This document shows, piece after piece, positions 1 through 11,000 of a stretch of DNA of 64,000 nucleotides. Within the stretch, counting starts at the first letter, position 1. Each line of letters starts with the position of its first letter. Made by a program: the position numbers and the translations under genes. The notes under the pieces were generated by a model. That model did not search any database, was not told where the DNA came from, and saw only the letters and a program-made list of their open reading frames with translations. The DNA is taken from the NCBI GenBank assembly GCA_965223265.1, contig OZ244999.1, positions 7,936,001 to 8,000,000 on the forward strand, given 5' to 3'. Origin of the DNA: Planctomycetota bacterium. GTDB taxonomy: Bacteria > Planctomycetota > UBA8108 > SXIK01.

Positions 1-3000
1 GCCGTTCCACAGCGACTTCTCACGCAAGAGACCGGAACCGAAGTGCCGGTAGCTCGCCAGCGGTACGCTGGAGTCTTCCAAGCCCGTGACGCGGTTGAGG
101 CTGTCACGTGCCGCCGTGACGACGCGGCCGTCCGGGTAGCGAAGCCAAAGCCGTGCCCCGGTCAAGTTGTGGTGCGCCTCGACGGAGCGGTTGCCGACGA
201 GCTCCGAGACCACATTGCCAAAGGAATCGTAGGCCACCTGCACACTGGCGTCGTCGCTCTGGTCGTCCGGGTCGTTGTTGTCAAAGAAGAACGTCGGACG
301 GCCGAGCCCATCGTACTGAAATCGCTGCAGCGTCGTCCCAGAGATGCCTGCCGCGCGTTCGACTCGGCGCTCCACGACACGCCCACCAGCGTCGAAGGTG
401 TGTTCGAACCGCGTCCCGTTGCCGTCGACGATCGCTCGCACCGTGCCGTCCGCATCACGTTCGTAATCCGCGAACGAGCCGTCTTCCCAAGTCTTTCGCT
501 GGACACGCCCGGCTGCATTGTAGGTCAAATCGACACGCCGACCCGTGTCGTCGGTCCAAGCGGCAAGCCGGCCGTCGTCGTCGTATTCGTACGTTTCCTC
601 GATAAGGCCATCACGGTTGAACGGATTGGTCGTATCGAGAGACGCGCCGCCTTCGCCGTCGCGCCGCAGTTCGTGCTGCGCCAACACCGGACGACGGAGA
701 TTGTCGTAGCGAAACCGCAGTCGATTCCCAGTCGCGTTCAACTGCGCCAGCTGCACGGCGCTCAAAAGCGATTCGTGCGGCGCCAGTTCCGGATCGTTCT
801 CGACATTGAGCGATGAACCCTTGGCGTCGCTGATCAGGAGGCGATTGCCGGCTGAATCGAACCTCTGGCGCCAGACGCCGCCAGCCGGATCGACCAAGAC
901 CTTCAAGCGATTCAACTCGTCGAAGATTCGGACGATGTTTTGCGTCTCACGGAACTGCCCACTGACGTCGTAGTCAGGATCGTCAATCCCGGGAGTCGCC
1001 AGCACGTCCGGCGTCAAGAGTTCGCGAACCTCACGCACCGCATTGCCATTGGCGTCGCGTACATACGTGGTCCGGCTCACCCCGCCGCTCCGAGCTTCCT
1101 CGAGGCGGCCAGCTGCATCGTAAGCCCACTCGCTGACACCGGCGGCGGAGTCGTCCTCCCGCACGACGCGATCACTATCGTCGTACCAGAACTGCCGGCG
1201 ATGGCTTTCGGTCACCGGATTCGCCGCCAAGTCAAGAGCGCCGAACCGCCAGGCGACGGACTCCGCCACTCTGCCGCGCGCGTCGTAGCTCGACGCTCCG
1301 CGCTCGAGAAGCACGCGGCCGAAGTCGGTGGGTGCGCCGCCTGTCGCGGCGCCTGTCGGACTTTCGCCGCCGGCAGTGCCGAAGAAGAATTCATCGGTGA
1401 CATGGCCTTCTACATCGCGAGCGAAGAGATGCGTCGACCCGAGCGCATCGACCGCCGCGATGACGCGGCCAAAGCCGTCGCGCACCTCTCGCTTGCGCTC
1501 TGCTTCGCCATCGCCGTCGAGGTCGGCTGCGTCAATGGTCTCGACGACGCGACCGGCCGCGTCGCGAAGGAACGTCACCGCATCTTCCTCAGGTGAACCT
1601 ACGCCACGTGCGTGCTGAACGACAAGACCGCGTTCATCGTGAGTCCACGCGTCGTTTCGCCCGGCGGCCAGGTTCTGTAGCTCGACCAAGCGGCCAGCCC
1701 GGTTATAGCGTAGTTCCACCGTCACCGATTCCACGACTCCGTCTTCACCGCCGAAGACTTCTCGAACGATTCGTACGGGCCGACCCAGAAGGTCATACTC
1801 GGCGCTGGTCTCGAGCCAACGGTTGTCGCTGACGAGAAAGCTGACACCGGCGTCCGTGGCGCTGAAGTTCTCAAGCTGAACGAGTTCGAGGTGATCGTCG
1901 GCGTCGTAGAGGAACTGTCGACGATATCTCAGCGGCACCGGCAGACGCTCCTCGACGAGCTGGCCGAGGGCGTTGTGAACCAAGAACCGCTCGTTCCCCT
2001 GCGGATCGACAACGCGGGCTAGAAAGCCCCATACATCGTAGTCAAAACTCGTCACCAGTTCGCTCGCGTCTTCAACGATGCGACGCGCCAAGAATCCGCC
2101 GGTCGAGCCGTCAAGGTCGCCGCCTGGTGTTGTGCTACCGTCGCCCTCGGGATCGTTCTCCGGGTGGTACTCGTAGCGTAGGCTGCGGCCGTCCGCGTCC
2201 TCAGTGCGCGTCACTTGACCAAAAGCGTTGAAACGAGTCTGCCTCACAGATTCTGCACTGCTGCCGTCCGGGCGCGGCGTCGGTGGCAGAACCTCCCGCA
2301 CGATGTTGCCGTGCACCAGCACTTCACTACCGTCACCGTTGAGATCACCAAGGCCAAGGGCGACGCCAGCATGAGCCAACGCGGCAGCCATTTGCTCGTC
2401 GCTGGCGCCGGCGATCATCGCCAGCTGCGCGACGGAAGCGCCTTCCTGATAGTCCATGAAAAACGTGCGCCGAAAATCGCCGGCGACAGCACCAGCGGCA
2501 TTACCGCGTGGCGGAACAACTTCGATGGCAACGCCGTAGAGCGGATCGCGTCGGTACGTTTTCACCGCGACCGAAGGCGTTGAATCGAGGCCCAGGCTCG
2601 CTGCGCCCGGGGCCCCATGCCGTTCTTCCCGCACAAGCCCGTTCTGAGCCGAGCGCAACGGGGCACTCTCGTCGTAGGTGAAGACGACCCGCTCACCGCC
2701 CGGATCAGTGCGAGCCAAGAGAAGACCTTCGCGGCTCCACTGCCAGCGCGTCGCATAGAATGGCGGCGCCACTCCGGGAGGCGGCTGCGCGCGCGAAGGA
2801 TCCCGCGGCCGCACAGCGTCAAGCGTCGGCGATGTTATGACGCGCTCCTCGAGCGGTAGACCGGCGCCGCTCCACGTGAACTCGGTCACGAAACCCTCGT
2901 CAGTGGTGATCGTCGTCATACCCTGAGCGCCGAGAAGAAACGATTCCAGTTCAGCCGCGCTGTCGCTCTCCGCGCCAGAGGAGCCGCCACCAAAGAGTTC

Positions 3001-6000
3001 ATACGCGAACTCCACTGAACCTGAGACCGCGACACCGGAATCGTTGGTGCCGCCCCACTGCTGAGTGACGACGCGGTCGAACGCCGCCGCGCTGGGGTCG
3101 TCCTCATAGAGAACGGTCACTCGGGGTAGATCGGTGGACGACGTTTGACGCGGATCGATGATCTGCGTCAGGTTATGGTTGGATCGCTCGTCGGCAAAGC
3201 CGGTCGTATAGATGTACTCGGTGCGCTTACCGGCCGGAAAGTCGTTTCCAGATGGCGTCCCGACCACTGCCGGGCGTGTCACCGCAACCAAGTCACCACG
3301 AGAGTCGTACTCAAACACGACGCTGCGGCCAGTAAAGTCGGTGACCGATTCCACGCGTCCACGACTATCGTGCTGGTAGACGATCGTACGCCCCAGCGTG
3401 TCACGCACAGTATCGATCAAGCCGTCGCCACCACGCGCGAAGGTTAACTGGTTGCCACTACGATCGCTGATCGATTCCAAACGGCCGGCGGTCCCTGTCG
3501 CGTCCAGCGGGTGGTAGCGATAGCGTGTGCCGTCCGACAATCGTTCGACATAAAAACCTTCCGAATCGACGAAAAGTCGGGCGAATACACCGATCGGCGA
3601 CACGAAGCTGCCGCTCGAGCTGTCGAGAAGAAACTCGTCGAAGCGGCCGGCGCCGTCAGCGCGCACCACGTTGCCCGGCACAAAAGCTGAGAGCAGACGG
3701 CGATCCTCATACTCGTGCTCCCAGTTGTGACCGAGCGAAGCTTCGAAACGATGGCGACTCTCGTAGCGCCGGCGCAGTCGATACGGCAGCCCCCGACCGG
3801 GGATCTCGAGGTCGATCTCGTCGAGATAGAACTCTCCGGAGTGAGAATAGACCTGAAAACCCGCGACGTGCGAGGCGGAGCGCGCGCCGACTTCATTCCA
3901 GCCGGGCCGGGCGAATCGAAAACCACCGCTCACCGAGCCGACCTCGCCAAGGGGCGGGCCGCGGCGCGAAGCGATGTAAAAGCCGCCCGTCGACACTTGC
4001 GCAGAATCCAACAGTCGCACGGCAAGACGATCGTCGCTCACCAGACCTGGCTGCATCTCCACGAAGCCGCCGTGCGCGGCACGATACTCGAAGAGCGGCA
4101 CCAGCTCGCCGGCGCGCGCGTGGAGTTGTGGTAACGCGAGCTCGAGCCCGGTCAGCTGCACTTGCACCGGGAGGATCGAAATCGCGCCGAGCGGATGCAG
4201 CGCGTCCGACACGCGACCCGGCAAGGCGTCGAGATGCGGCGCGCTGAGCGCGATCGTCATCGCGTCGGCGCCGCCTGGGAGCGTCGCGCCGCCAGCGGCG
4301 AGCTCGAACCTCAGCCCCGGCACCGCTTCGAGGGTGGCGAGAACGTCGCGCCCCGGAAAGAGCGAGACGCTCCTGCGCCGCGGCGAATCCACTTGGCTAC
4401 GCTCGAGTGACAGCTGTCCGACCCAATTGGACCGGCCCGCAATGGTCTCGGCGCGAAACCGCGACCCGAACGTCTCGGTGGGGTCTCCGACTTCCACCAA
4501 CCCGACACCGACCGGTGCAGCGGCGATCACGAACGCGCCGTCGGTGCCGGTCGTCACTGCAAGCCCTGGTTCTCCGGGCCATCCGACTAGGCGAACGCTC
4601 ACACCGGCGTACGGCTCGCCGCGCTCGTCTGCAACGAATCCTGACAAACTGGTATCGGTGGCGGCGCCCTGAGCTACGCCACGCAGGGTGAAACGAACGG
4701 GGTCGACTCCGGCACGCGAGGCCTGAATCGTGCTCGTGGACTCCTCGCCAGATGGCACCGAGGCGCGAACCGACGCAACGCCCATGGCGTCGGTCGTGCG
4801 CACAGTGAGGCGCACGCCGTCGATCAACGCCGGGCCGTCAATCACTCGGAAAGCGATGCTCTCGTCGGCAAGCTCGCTGCCGAACCGGTCGAGCACGCGC
4901 ACACCGAAAGCCTGCGGCGCCTCACCACCGAGCGCCGCCGTCTGATGCCGGGGTCCATGCGGCACGAGCACCGTGTCTAAACTTGGAATCACCTCGATGA
5001 CGTAGGACTTGGGGCTGGCGAGGACGCCGACAGCGCGTATCTCGACGACGTGGCTGGCGGCCCCAGCACCGACGCCCGGCGAGAGCGAGACCGACGCCTC
5101 CCCGGCGCCGTCCGTGTCCACCTCGGTGCGCCGTTCACCTCCCGGGAATGAGCCATCGCCGCCGAGCACATCGAAGATGACAGGGCGCCCAACAAGCGGC
5201 GTGCCCGCGGCGCTATCGAGACGCACCGCGAGCAACTGTGGCAAAGGCGTGCCCGCATTGACGGTGCGCACCGGTGCACCCAAGAGCACGATCGCCGGGG
5301 CAGGATCGTTGCCGCGGACGACACGGAGATTCCGTGCTGTCTCGTTGCCCCGCCCGTCCGTCGCAACCAGCGCCAGATCGTTCGTACCGATGGCGAGAGG
5401 AACGTCGACGGTGAACGTGTCTCCTGCGATCGCCGCGACCACACCAGCGACCGTCAAGTCGATCGCCGCGTTCTGGCGCGGCGCGCCGCCAAGGTCCCAT
5501 ACGCGGCCCGAGATGCGAACGTTCGTCTCTTCGGTGCTGTGCCCGGAGGGTGATTCCAGAGCTGTCGATGGGGGGAAGAGTACCTCGACGCGCGGCCCGG
5601 CTGTGTCGACCACGAGTGAGCGTGATGTGTGAGCCTTGAGTGTGCCGGACTGCGCGGTCGCGACGACGTCGTGGACGCCAGCTGGAAGAGAAAGCTCCAT
5701 CTGCCAGGTGCTGCCAGTGACCTGCGCGCTCAACCCATTCACCATCACGGCACTGCCAGACGGGGTCACGCTTCCCGACATCAGAATCTGACTGGAAGCG
5801 ACGACGATCGATGGATCGCCGGACGGCGTGTCGATCGTGATCACCGGCAAGGTGTCGTCGACGTCGACCGGAATCGAAAGCTCGCCACTGTTGCCGACGG
5901 GGTCGCGAGCCACGACGAGTATCGCTTGCGGTCCCGGCGCCAGACGCACGACGGCAGAGAAGCTGCCGGCACCATCGACGGTGGCCCGCACCCCGTTGAT

Positions 6001-7104
6001 GTCGACCGTTGCCGCCAGGTCGTCGACGTCTCCAATCACGGTGACGACACCGCTGAGAAGATTCGCCCCCGCCGTCGGCTGGCTCACGGTCAAACCGGGA
6101 GGTGTCGTGTCCGGATCCGAGACGAGCGCCGGCTCGAGTGTGGGCAACGGCTCACCGGTGATCGGGTCCGTCACTTCGCCAGGTTCGACGCGGACGACCC
6201 GAACGGTCTCCACAGCGCTGCCCATGGCATTGGTCGCCTCGACGACGATGTCGCTATCGCCAAGCGCGACGTCGATGAGTGTGGAGAACGAGCCTTCGTG
6301 CGCCACGGGCGTCCCGTTGACCGTCAGCGCCGCGTCGGCGTCGGAGACGACGCCAGAGACGAGGACCATAGCCGAGGAGACTTCGGCGCCGTTGGGAGGG
6401 GAGACCACGTCGAGTAGTGGGGCTCCATCGGCGCCGGCGCGCACGCGCACCGTCACCTCAGTTTCGACGGTGCGAAAGAGCACTGACACCACCGCCTCGC
6501 CGACTCCTGTCGCGGTCAAGACTCCGAGCGCGTCGATCTGAACGACCTCCGGTTGCGTGCTCGAAAACGACACCGTCTCGAGGTCTTCCACCGGCGTCGT
6601 CGTGCCCTCGTCGTCAACCGCAACGATGCTCAAATGCAGCGTCTCGCCGACGACGTGAAAGATCACCTCACCTGGGACGACAAGAAGCTCCGCGGGAGGG
6701 TCGCGGCCGTTTTCGCACGGCAGATCAAGTAGCGGGTCGGTCGTCGGGTCGACCCCGAGCCCGGGATGCGGCGGTGGCGGCGCCGGGCTGTTGCTCACGA
6801 AGAGCCAATTGAGAAGATAAATGCCGTCGGAGATGTCGAGATTCTCCGAATCGTTCGCGTCGCACGCGTCGGAGCATGCGACCGGGTCAACGTTGCCGAC
6901 AAAGAGAAAATTGAGTAGGAAGATCGCGTCGCTGATGTCGACGTCATTACTGTCGTTGCAATCGGCACGCACGAACACTCCCTGCGCCTCGACCGTCAAA
7001 GGCGTGGCCCAAAGAGCCAGCAGCAGCGCGGCGAAGCTGAAGCGCTGCAGAAGTCTCAGCCCAACAAACTTTTTCGACGCAGCGGGGCGCGCACCCGCCG
7101 ACAC
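1..7104 (-). CDS. Giant secreted RHS/YD-repeat protein (signal peptide, dockerin-like domain, Ig-like repeats, DUF6531, YD core); 3' end lies outside the window
   Basis: No ORF-track entry exists in this minus frame, consistent with no stop before position 1. Manual translation of sampled segments gives the signal ...FSFAALLLALWATPLTVEA, the dockerin-like FVRADCNDSNDVDISDAIFLLNFLF...DACDANDSENLDISDGIYLLNWLF, Ig-like repeats, DUF6531-type SGEFYLDEIDLEIPGRGLPYRLRRRYESRHRFEASLGHNWEHEY, and YD-type DSLNRVTG at the edge. The GTG start at 7104 is a best guess; the frame stays open to about 7323. Confidence 0.88.
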   Translation of the reverse strand, partial: MSAGARPAASKKFVGLRLLQRFSFAALLLALWATPLTVEAQGVFVRADCNDSNDVDISDAIFLLNFLFVGNVDPVACSDACDANDSENLDISDGIYLLNWLFVSNSPAPPPPHPGLGVDPTTDPLLDLPCENGRDPPAELLVVPGEVIFHVVGETLHLSIVAVDDEGTTTPVEDLETVSFSSTQPEVVQIDALGVLTATGVGEAVVSVLFRTVETEVTVRVRAGADGAPLLDVVSPPNGAEVSSAMVLVSGVVSDADAALTVNGTPVAHEGSFSTLIDVALGDSDIVVEATNAMGSAVETVRVVRVEPGEVTDPITGEPLPTLEPALVSDPDTTPPGLTVSQPTAGANLLSGVVTVIGDVDDLAATVDINGVRATVDGAGSFSAVVRLAPGPQAILVVARDPVGNSGELSIPVDVDDTLPVITIDTPSGDPSIVVASSQILMSGSVTPSGSAVMVNGLSAQVTGSTWQMELSLPAGVHDVVATAQSGTLKAHTSRSLVVDTAGPRVEVLFPPSTALESPSGHSTEETNVRISGRVWDLGGAPRQNAAIDLTVAGVVAAIAGDTFTVDVPLAIGTNDLALVATDGRGNETARNLRVVRGNDPAPAIVLLGAPVRTVNAGTPLPQLLAVRLDSAAGTPLVGRPVIFDVLGGDGSFPGGERRTEVDTDGAGEASVSLSPGVGAGAASHVVEIRAVGVLASPKSYVIEVIPSLDTVLVPHGPRHQTAALGGEAPQAFGVRVLDRFGSELADESIAFRVIDGPALIDGVRLTVRTTDAMGVASVRASVPSGEESTSTIQASRAGVDPVRFTLRGVAQGAATDTSLSGFVADERGEPYAGVSVRLVGWPGEPGLAVTTGTDGAFVIAAAPVGVGLVEVGDPTETFGSRFRAETIAGRSNWVGQLSLERSQVDSPRRRSVSLFPGRDVLATLEAVPGLRFELAAGGATLPGGADAMTIALSAPHLDALPGRVSDALHPLGAISILPVQVQLTGLELALPQLHARAGELVPLFEYRAAHGGFVEMQPGLVSDDRLAVRLLDSAQVSTGGFYIASRRGPPLGEVGSVSGGFRFARPGWNEVGARSASHVAGFQVYSHSGEFYLDEIDLEIPGRGLPYRLRRRYESRHRFEASLGHNWEHEYEDRRLLSAFVPGNVVRADGAGRFDEFLLDSSSGSFVSPIGVFARLFVDSEGFYVERLSDGTRYRYHPLDATGTAGRLESISDRSGNQLTFARGGDGLIDTVRDTLGRTIVYQHDSRGRVESVTDFTGRSVVFEYDSRGDLVAVTRPAVVGTPSGNDFPAGKRTEYIYTTGFADERSNHNLTQIIDPRQTSSTDLPRVTVLYEDDPSAAAFDRVVTQQWGGTNDSGVAVSGSVEFAYELFGGGSSGAESDSAAELESFLLGAQGMTTITTDEGFVTEFTWSGAGLPLEERVITSPTLDAVRPRDPSRAQPPPGVAPPFYATRWQWSREGLLLARTDPGGERVVFTYDESAPLRSAQNGLVREERHGAPGAASLGLDSTPSVAVKTYRRDPLYGVAIEVVPPRGNAAGAVAGDFRRTFFMDYQEGASVAQLAMIAGASDEQMAAALAHAGVALGLGDLNGDGSEVLVHGNIVREVLPPTPRPDGSSAESVRQTRFNAFGQVTRTEDADGRSLRYEYHPENDPEGDGSTTPGGDLDGSTGGFLARRIVEDASELVTSFDYDVWGFLARVVDPQGNERFLVHNALGQLVEERLPVPLRYRRQFLYDADDHLELVQLENFSATDAGVSFLVSDNRWLETSAEYDLLGRPVRIVREVFGGEDGVVESVTVELRYNRAGRLVELQNLAAGRNDAWTHDERGLVVQHARGVGSPEEDAVTFLRDAAGRVVETIDAADLDGDGEAERKREVRDGFGRVIAAVDALGSTHLFARDVEGHVTDEFFFGTAGGESPTGAATGGAPTDFGRVLLERGASSYDARGRVAESVAWRFGALDLAANPVTESHRRQFWYDDSDRVVREDDSAAGVSEWAYDAAGRLEEARSGGVSRTTYVRDANGNAVREVRELLTPDVLATPGIDDPDYDVSGQFRETQNIVRIFDELNRLKVLVDPAGGVWRQRFDSAGNRLLISDAKGSSLNVENDPELAPHESLLSAVQLAQLNATGNRLRFRYDNLRRPVLAQHELRRDGEGGASLDTTNPFNRDGLIEETYEYDDDGRLAAWTDDTGRRVDLTYNAAGRVQRKTWEDGSFADYERDADGTVRAIVDGNGTRFEHTFDAGGRVVERRVERAAGISGTTLQRFQYDGLGRPTFFFDNNDPDDQSDDASVQVAYDSFGNVVSELVGNRSVEAHHNLTGARLWLRYPDGRVVTAARDSLNRVTGLEDSSVPLASYRHFGSGLLREKSLWNG

Positions 7105-7728
7105 GCAGCCGGTGATGCCAAGGCGCTCGATACTCTCCGGCGGTGCGCTCTGCGTCGCACTGCTTCGCCATGTTCGAGAGACGACGGGCTGGACCCAAAC
7201 GTTGTGCACAACTTTTCGCGGCACGCTAGCGCCCAGAGCTCTCACGGCGGCGAGAGATCCTCGACTTGAGCGCTGCGACAGACATGCCGTAAGGATCACG
7301 GCGACGTCTTTGCTCGCGTCCTGTTAAGTCAATTTGTCGACGGAGAGTGTGGGAAAGAGACGAACGACCCAAAGGCCGCCATTTTACCCGCCAGGTGCTG
7401 AAATAGCTGCTCTCACCCGCCATGCCCGGCGCGTCCTCGCGTGCGGCGCGGGGGCGCACCGGGAGCGCGCCTCGTTCGTGGACGAATCTTGTTGTCCAAG
7501 GGCTTACGCTGCCGTAGGATACGTCGTGTCGTGCAGTCCCCGACCTCTGCGTCCGGGCGGCCTAGGCGGCACCGAACGAAAAACGTACGCTCTAAGGTCA
7601 CGCGAACGGCGCCGGTACACCTGCAAAGGTGGACCTGGACGCGGGGTCACGTGCGTGTCTATGGGCGCGTCAGAAGTGAACTGAAGAAAAACAACTGCAG
7701 AAGCTGTCGACAGGACGACGGCTGCTAA

Positions 7729-7797
7729 CAGCCTGTTGAAAAAGTGCTTCGAGCCGAAAACTGGTCTCTTCGGCCGAATGACTTTTTCAACGGGCTG
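7729..7797. mobile_element. 69-bp MITE-like element with IS5/IS1182-type ends
   Basis: Terminal inverted repeats CAGCCTGTTGAAAAAGT / ACTTTTTCAACGGGCTG (16/17 match), flanked by a direct CTAA at 7725-7728 and 7798-7801. Confidence 0.75.
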
Positions 7798-8025
7798 CTA
7801 AACCGAAGAGAAGAGAACGATCGCGGCGGCCACAGCGTCGTCGCGAGAGAGGACCCAAGAGTTTGGGGAGTCGTCTGCTCCCAGCGGCACGTGCCCTCAC
7901 TGCGAGGCTCTCATCGCGAGGCGGCGCGGCAAGCTTGGCGGACGTCTATTCAGGCTACGGCGGCCGCAGCTCATGGGTAACCGCGAGCGGTAAACCGTCG
8001 TGGATGGCAAGCAAAGGGACGAGGG

Positions 8026-11000
8026 ATGGTCAAAGCGAAAGCGCGCATCGGCCTGGAGCCGAAGATCGACGGTGTTGATTGCGTCGAGCGTGTCGCACAC
8101 GGACCGAACGCGGACCTGTTTCGGGCTCGCGTCGGCCGCCGTACTGTAGCGGTCAAGCTCTTCGCCGGCGAAAACATTGACCGGGACACCCTGTCAAAGT
8201 TCGTGCGCGGAGGCGAAACGGCCGTGCGCCATCCGAATCTTCTCCCAGTCCTGGACGTCGGCGTCGATGGGCGCGGCCGGCCATTCTACACCATGCCGCT
8301 GATCTCTGGAGATCCACTCAGCGCGGTGCTGGCGGCACGCAGCGGTGAGAGGCGGACGGCGCCATCGCTTTCTCCTCTCAGCTTGACGCCCTCGCCGGCG
8401 CACATGGCTACCATCGCACGGGAAGCAGCCGCGCTGTTCGCGGATGCTCTCGACGGACTTGAGATTGCTCACGCTGCAGGCGTCGCTCATGGCCGGCTGC
8501 ACCCGGGGAACTTAATCCTCACGCCTGCCGGCCGTTTGGTGATCACAGACTTCGGCCGCGCGGCAGCCAAAAAAGGCGCGACGACGGCTGGCGACCATGC
8601 GGCGCGCGTGCTCGCTGACATCCATGCCGTCGGCGTCGCGCTCGCTCGCGTCGTCGAGGCGGAATCCACACCCGACGGCGATAGCGCCGACGAGCGTCGC
8701 GACGGGCGTGACAGACCATCCGGCACGGTGACTGCGGGCGTTCCCGACTCCCTGCTGGCATGCATCGCCAAGGCGTCGGCAACAGACCCGGAGCAGCGCT
8801 ACCACAGCGCCGCCGCATTCGCCGCTGATTTGCGGCGTTTTCTTCGTCACGAACAGCCTCTTGCCTGCTTCGAGTCCTTCGCCGCGCAGATCGACGCGGT
8901 GGACGCGTCGACCGCGGCCGAATCGCAAGAGGCTGGAAGCCGCGACGGCGCTGCTTCGACCTCATCTCCGACTGTTGCACGCCGCAACCGCCTCGCGTCG
9001 CAGCTCGCCGAGCGCGACATCGCTTTGAAACAGGATCGAAAGACGCAGAGTCGGGGAACGGAAACGGAGGCAGAAGAGAGAAACGGAGACGCTAGCGCGG
9101 CTGCTTGCGACAGCGAGCGCAGTCACGACAGACGCTCGCATGACGAACTGATGGCTCGCGAGCGCGCCGCGCTCAACGCTGAAAAAGATGAAATCCGTCG
9201 CCGGGAAGATCGCCTGCGCAAAGCTGAGGTCGACCTCGGCGCGGCGCGCGCGGCGGTGATTGAAGCGGCGAACGAGAACGACGAGCTCCGCGACGAGCTC
9301 GAGGCGGCGCGGCGCGACCTCAGTGCCACCATGGAGCAGATGGACGTCGACTCCAGGCCGGAACAGTTCGCCGCGCCAAAGCGGGTGTCATTTGAATCCG
9401 CAAGCCGTGCGCGCCGTATGCCGGAAGAGGAGAGTGGCGACGCGAGGCTCTCGAGCGAGGCGACTCTCAGCCCCTACTCGCCGGCACTGCCGTCGCCGCC
9501 ACTGCGGCGCAAACTCGCATGGTGTGGCGCGATCGCCATCCTCTTTGTTGCCGCGGCGTTTGCCGGCAAGACGTTTTCGGCGTACAAAAAAGACCGCGAC
9601 GTTGCGGCGAGCCTCGAGAGTCTACAGCTCCGTCTTGCGGCTGGTGACTTCGCATCAGCGCGGAGCAAAGCCTACGACGTGCGCGACGATCGCCTGCGCT
9701 TGCCGCTCACAGAGCTCGTGAGCGCTGCCGCGGCTTCGAAGACTCTCGAAGACGCGATGGCCTCCGTGATCGCCGAGCGGCCGGCCGATGCCGCCCTGCA
9801 CCTCCGCAACCACGAAGCGCGAGGTGCGGGTCCGTCCGCGGCCTGGGAAGACTACGCGACGCATCTCGAAAGTGTTGCTCGCGAGAGAGCTCGAGATCCG
9901 GTCGAGGTCGGCTTGGACGCGACGAGCCTCAGCCGGCGGCTCGGCGCCTTGGCGATGCTGGAGCAGGAGATTCGCTCCGGCGGCAGGCAGTCGCTCGATG
10001 CGCTTCTGGCACTCCGCGCTCTCGACACACGCCAGCCGCAGCTCTGTCGCCACGCCCTAGCAGTACTCGCACATGCGCCGACAAGTCGACCGATCGTCGA
10101 CGCCCTCGATCTCCGGTCAAACGCCCCGGCAGTACACCTCGACGCCGGAACATTCGCGGCACTCTTCACCGCGTTGGAGGCGATCGGCGACGCCGATGCC
10201 ATCGCTCTGTTTTGTTCGTGGTCACTTCACGAGGTGCGCGCGCTGGAGCGACCTGATACGCAGATTCACCTGCGACCCAATCTGTACGTGACGTCAACCA
10301 AAGTAACGGCCGAGCGCCTCCGCGAGCGTTGGGTCCGCTTCATCGCGGCCCATGATCCAGCCGAGTTGGTGCTGCGAGCAGATGAGTTGCGTGACCATCC
10401 GGAACTCTTCCCAACGGTCATCCAAGTGATCGCGGCGTCGCAAGCAGCGGATGCAGATCGGACGCTCGCTCGCATTGCTCGACTGGACCTGCGGAGCGCT
10501 GGCCAGGCTTCGCTCGAGGGACTCGCTCGACTCGGGGCGACCGATCAGCTCTTGGAGTTTGCCATGGGCGCCTACCCTGTCGCCTTTAGACTGGCAGCCA
10601 TCGACACGATCCGTCGTGGATTTCTCGGCTCCTGCTTCAACGAGATACGAGCACTTGCACTGACAAGCCCGAGCAACGATGTGCGCACGGCGGCGTTCAA
10701 TGCCCTCCGCGAACACAGCCATGCAGCAGCGGTCGAAGTGATCCCGCGGGCGATCGACGATCTCGTGCTGAGGTCCACAGCGCTTGAATGGCTCAGCAGC
10801 CTACCACAGCGGCAGAGCGTCGCGATCGCGTCCAAGCTGCTGGGTCACGACCAACGGCTGGTGCGACAAGCCGCGAGCGACGTCCTCCGAGCAGCGACGC
10901 CGTTACGGGCGGCAGCGCCGTTGGCAACCCATCTTTTCGATCGTCGCACTTGGATTCGCAACGACGCGCGGCGGATGATTCTCGACAAGGCCGATGAACT

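Noticed and set aside
43-7327. Many plus-strand and off-frame ORFs over the first 7 kb
   Set aside because: They are antisense or frame shadows of the giant minus-strand RHS ORF and have no protein-like motifs.
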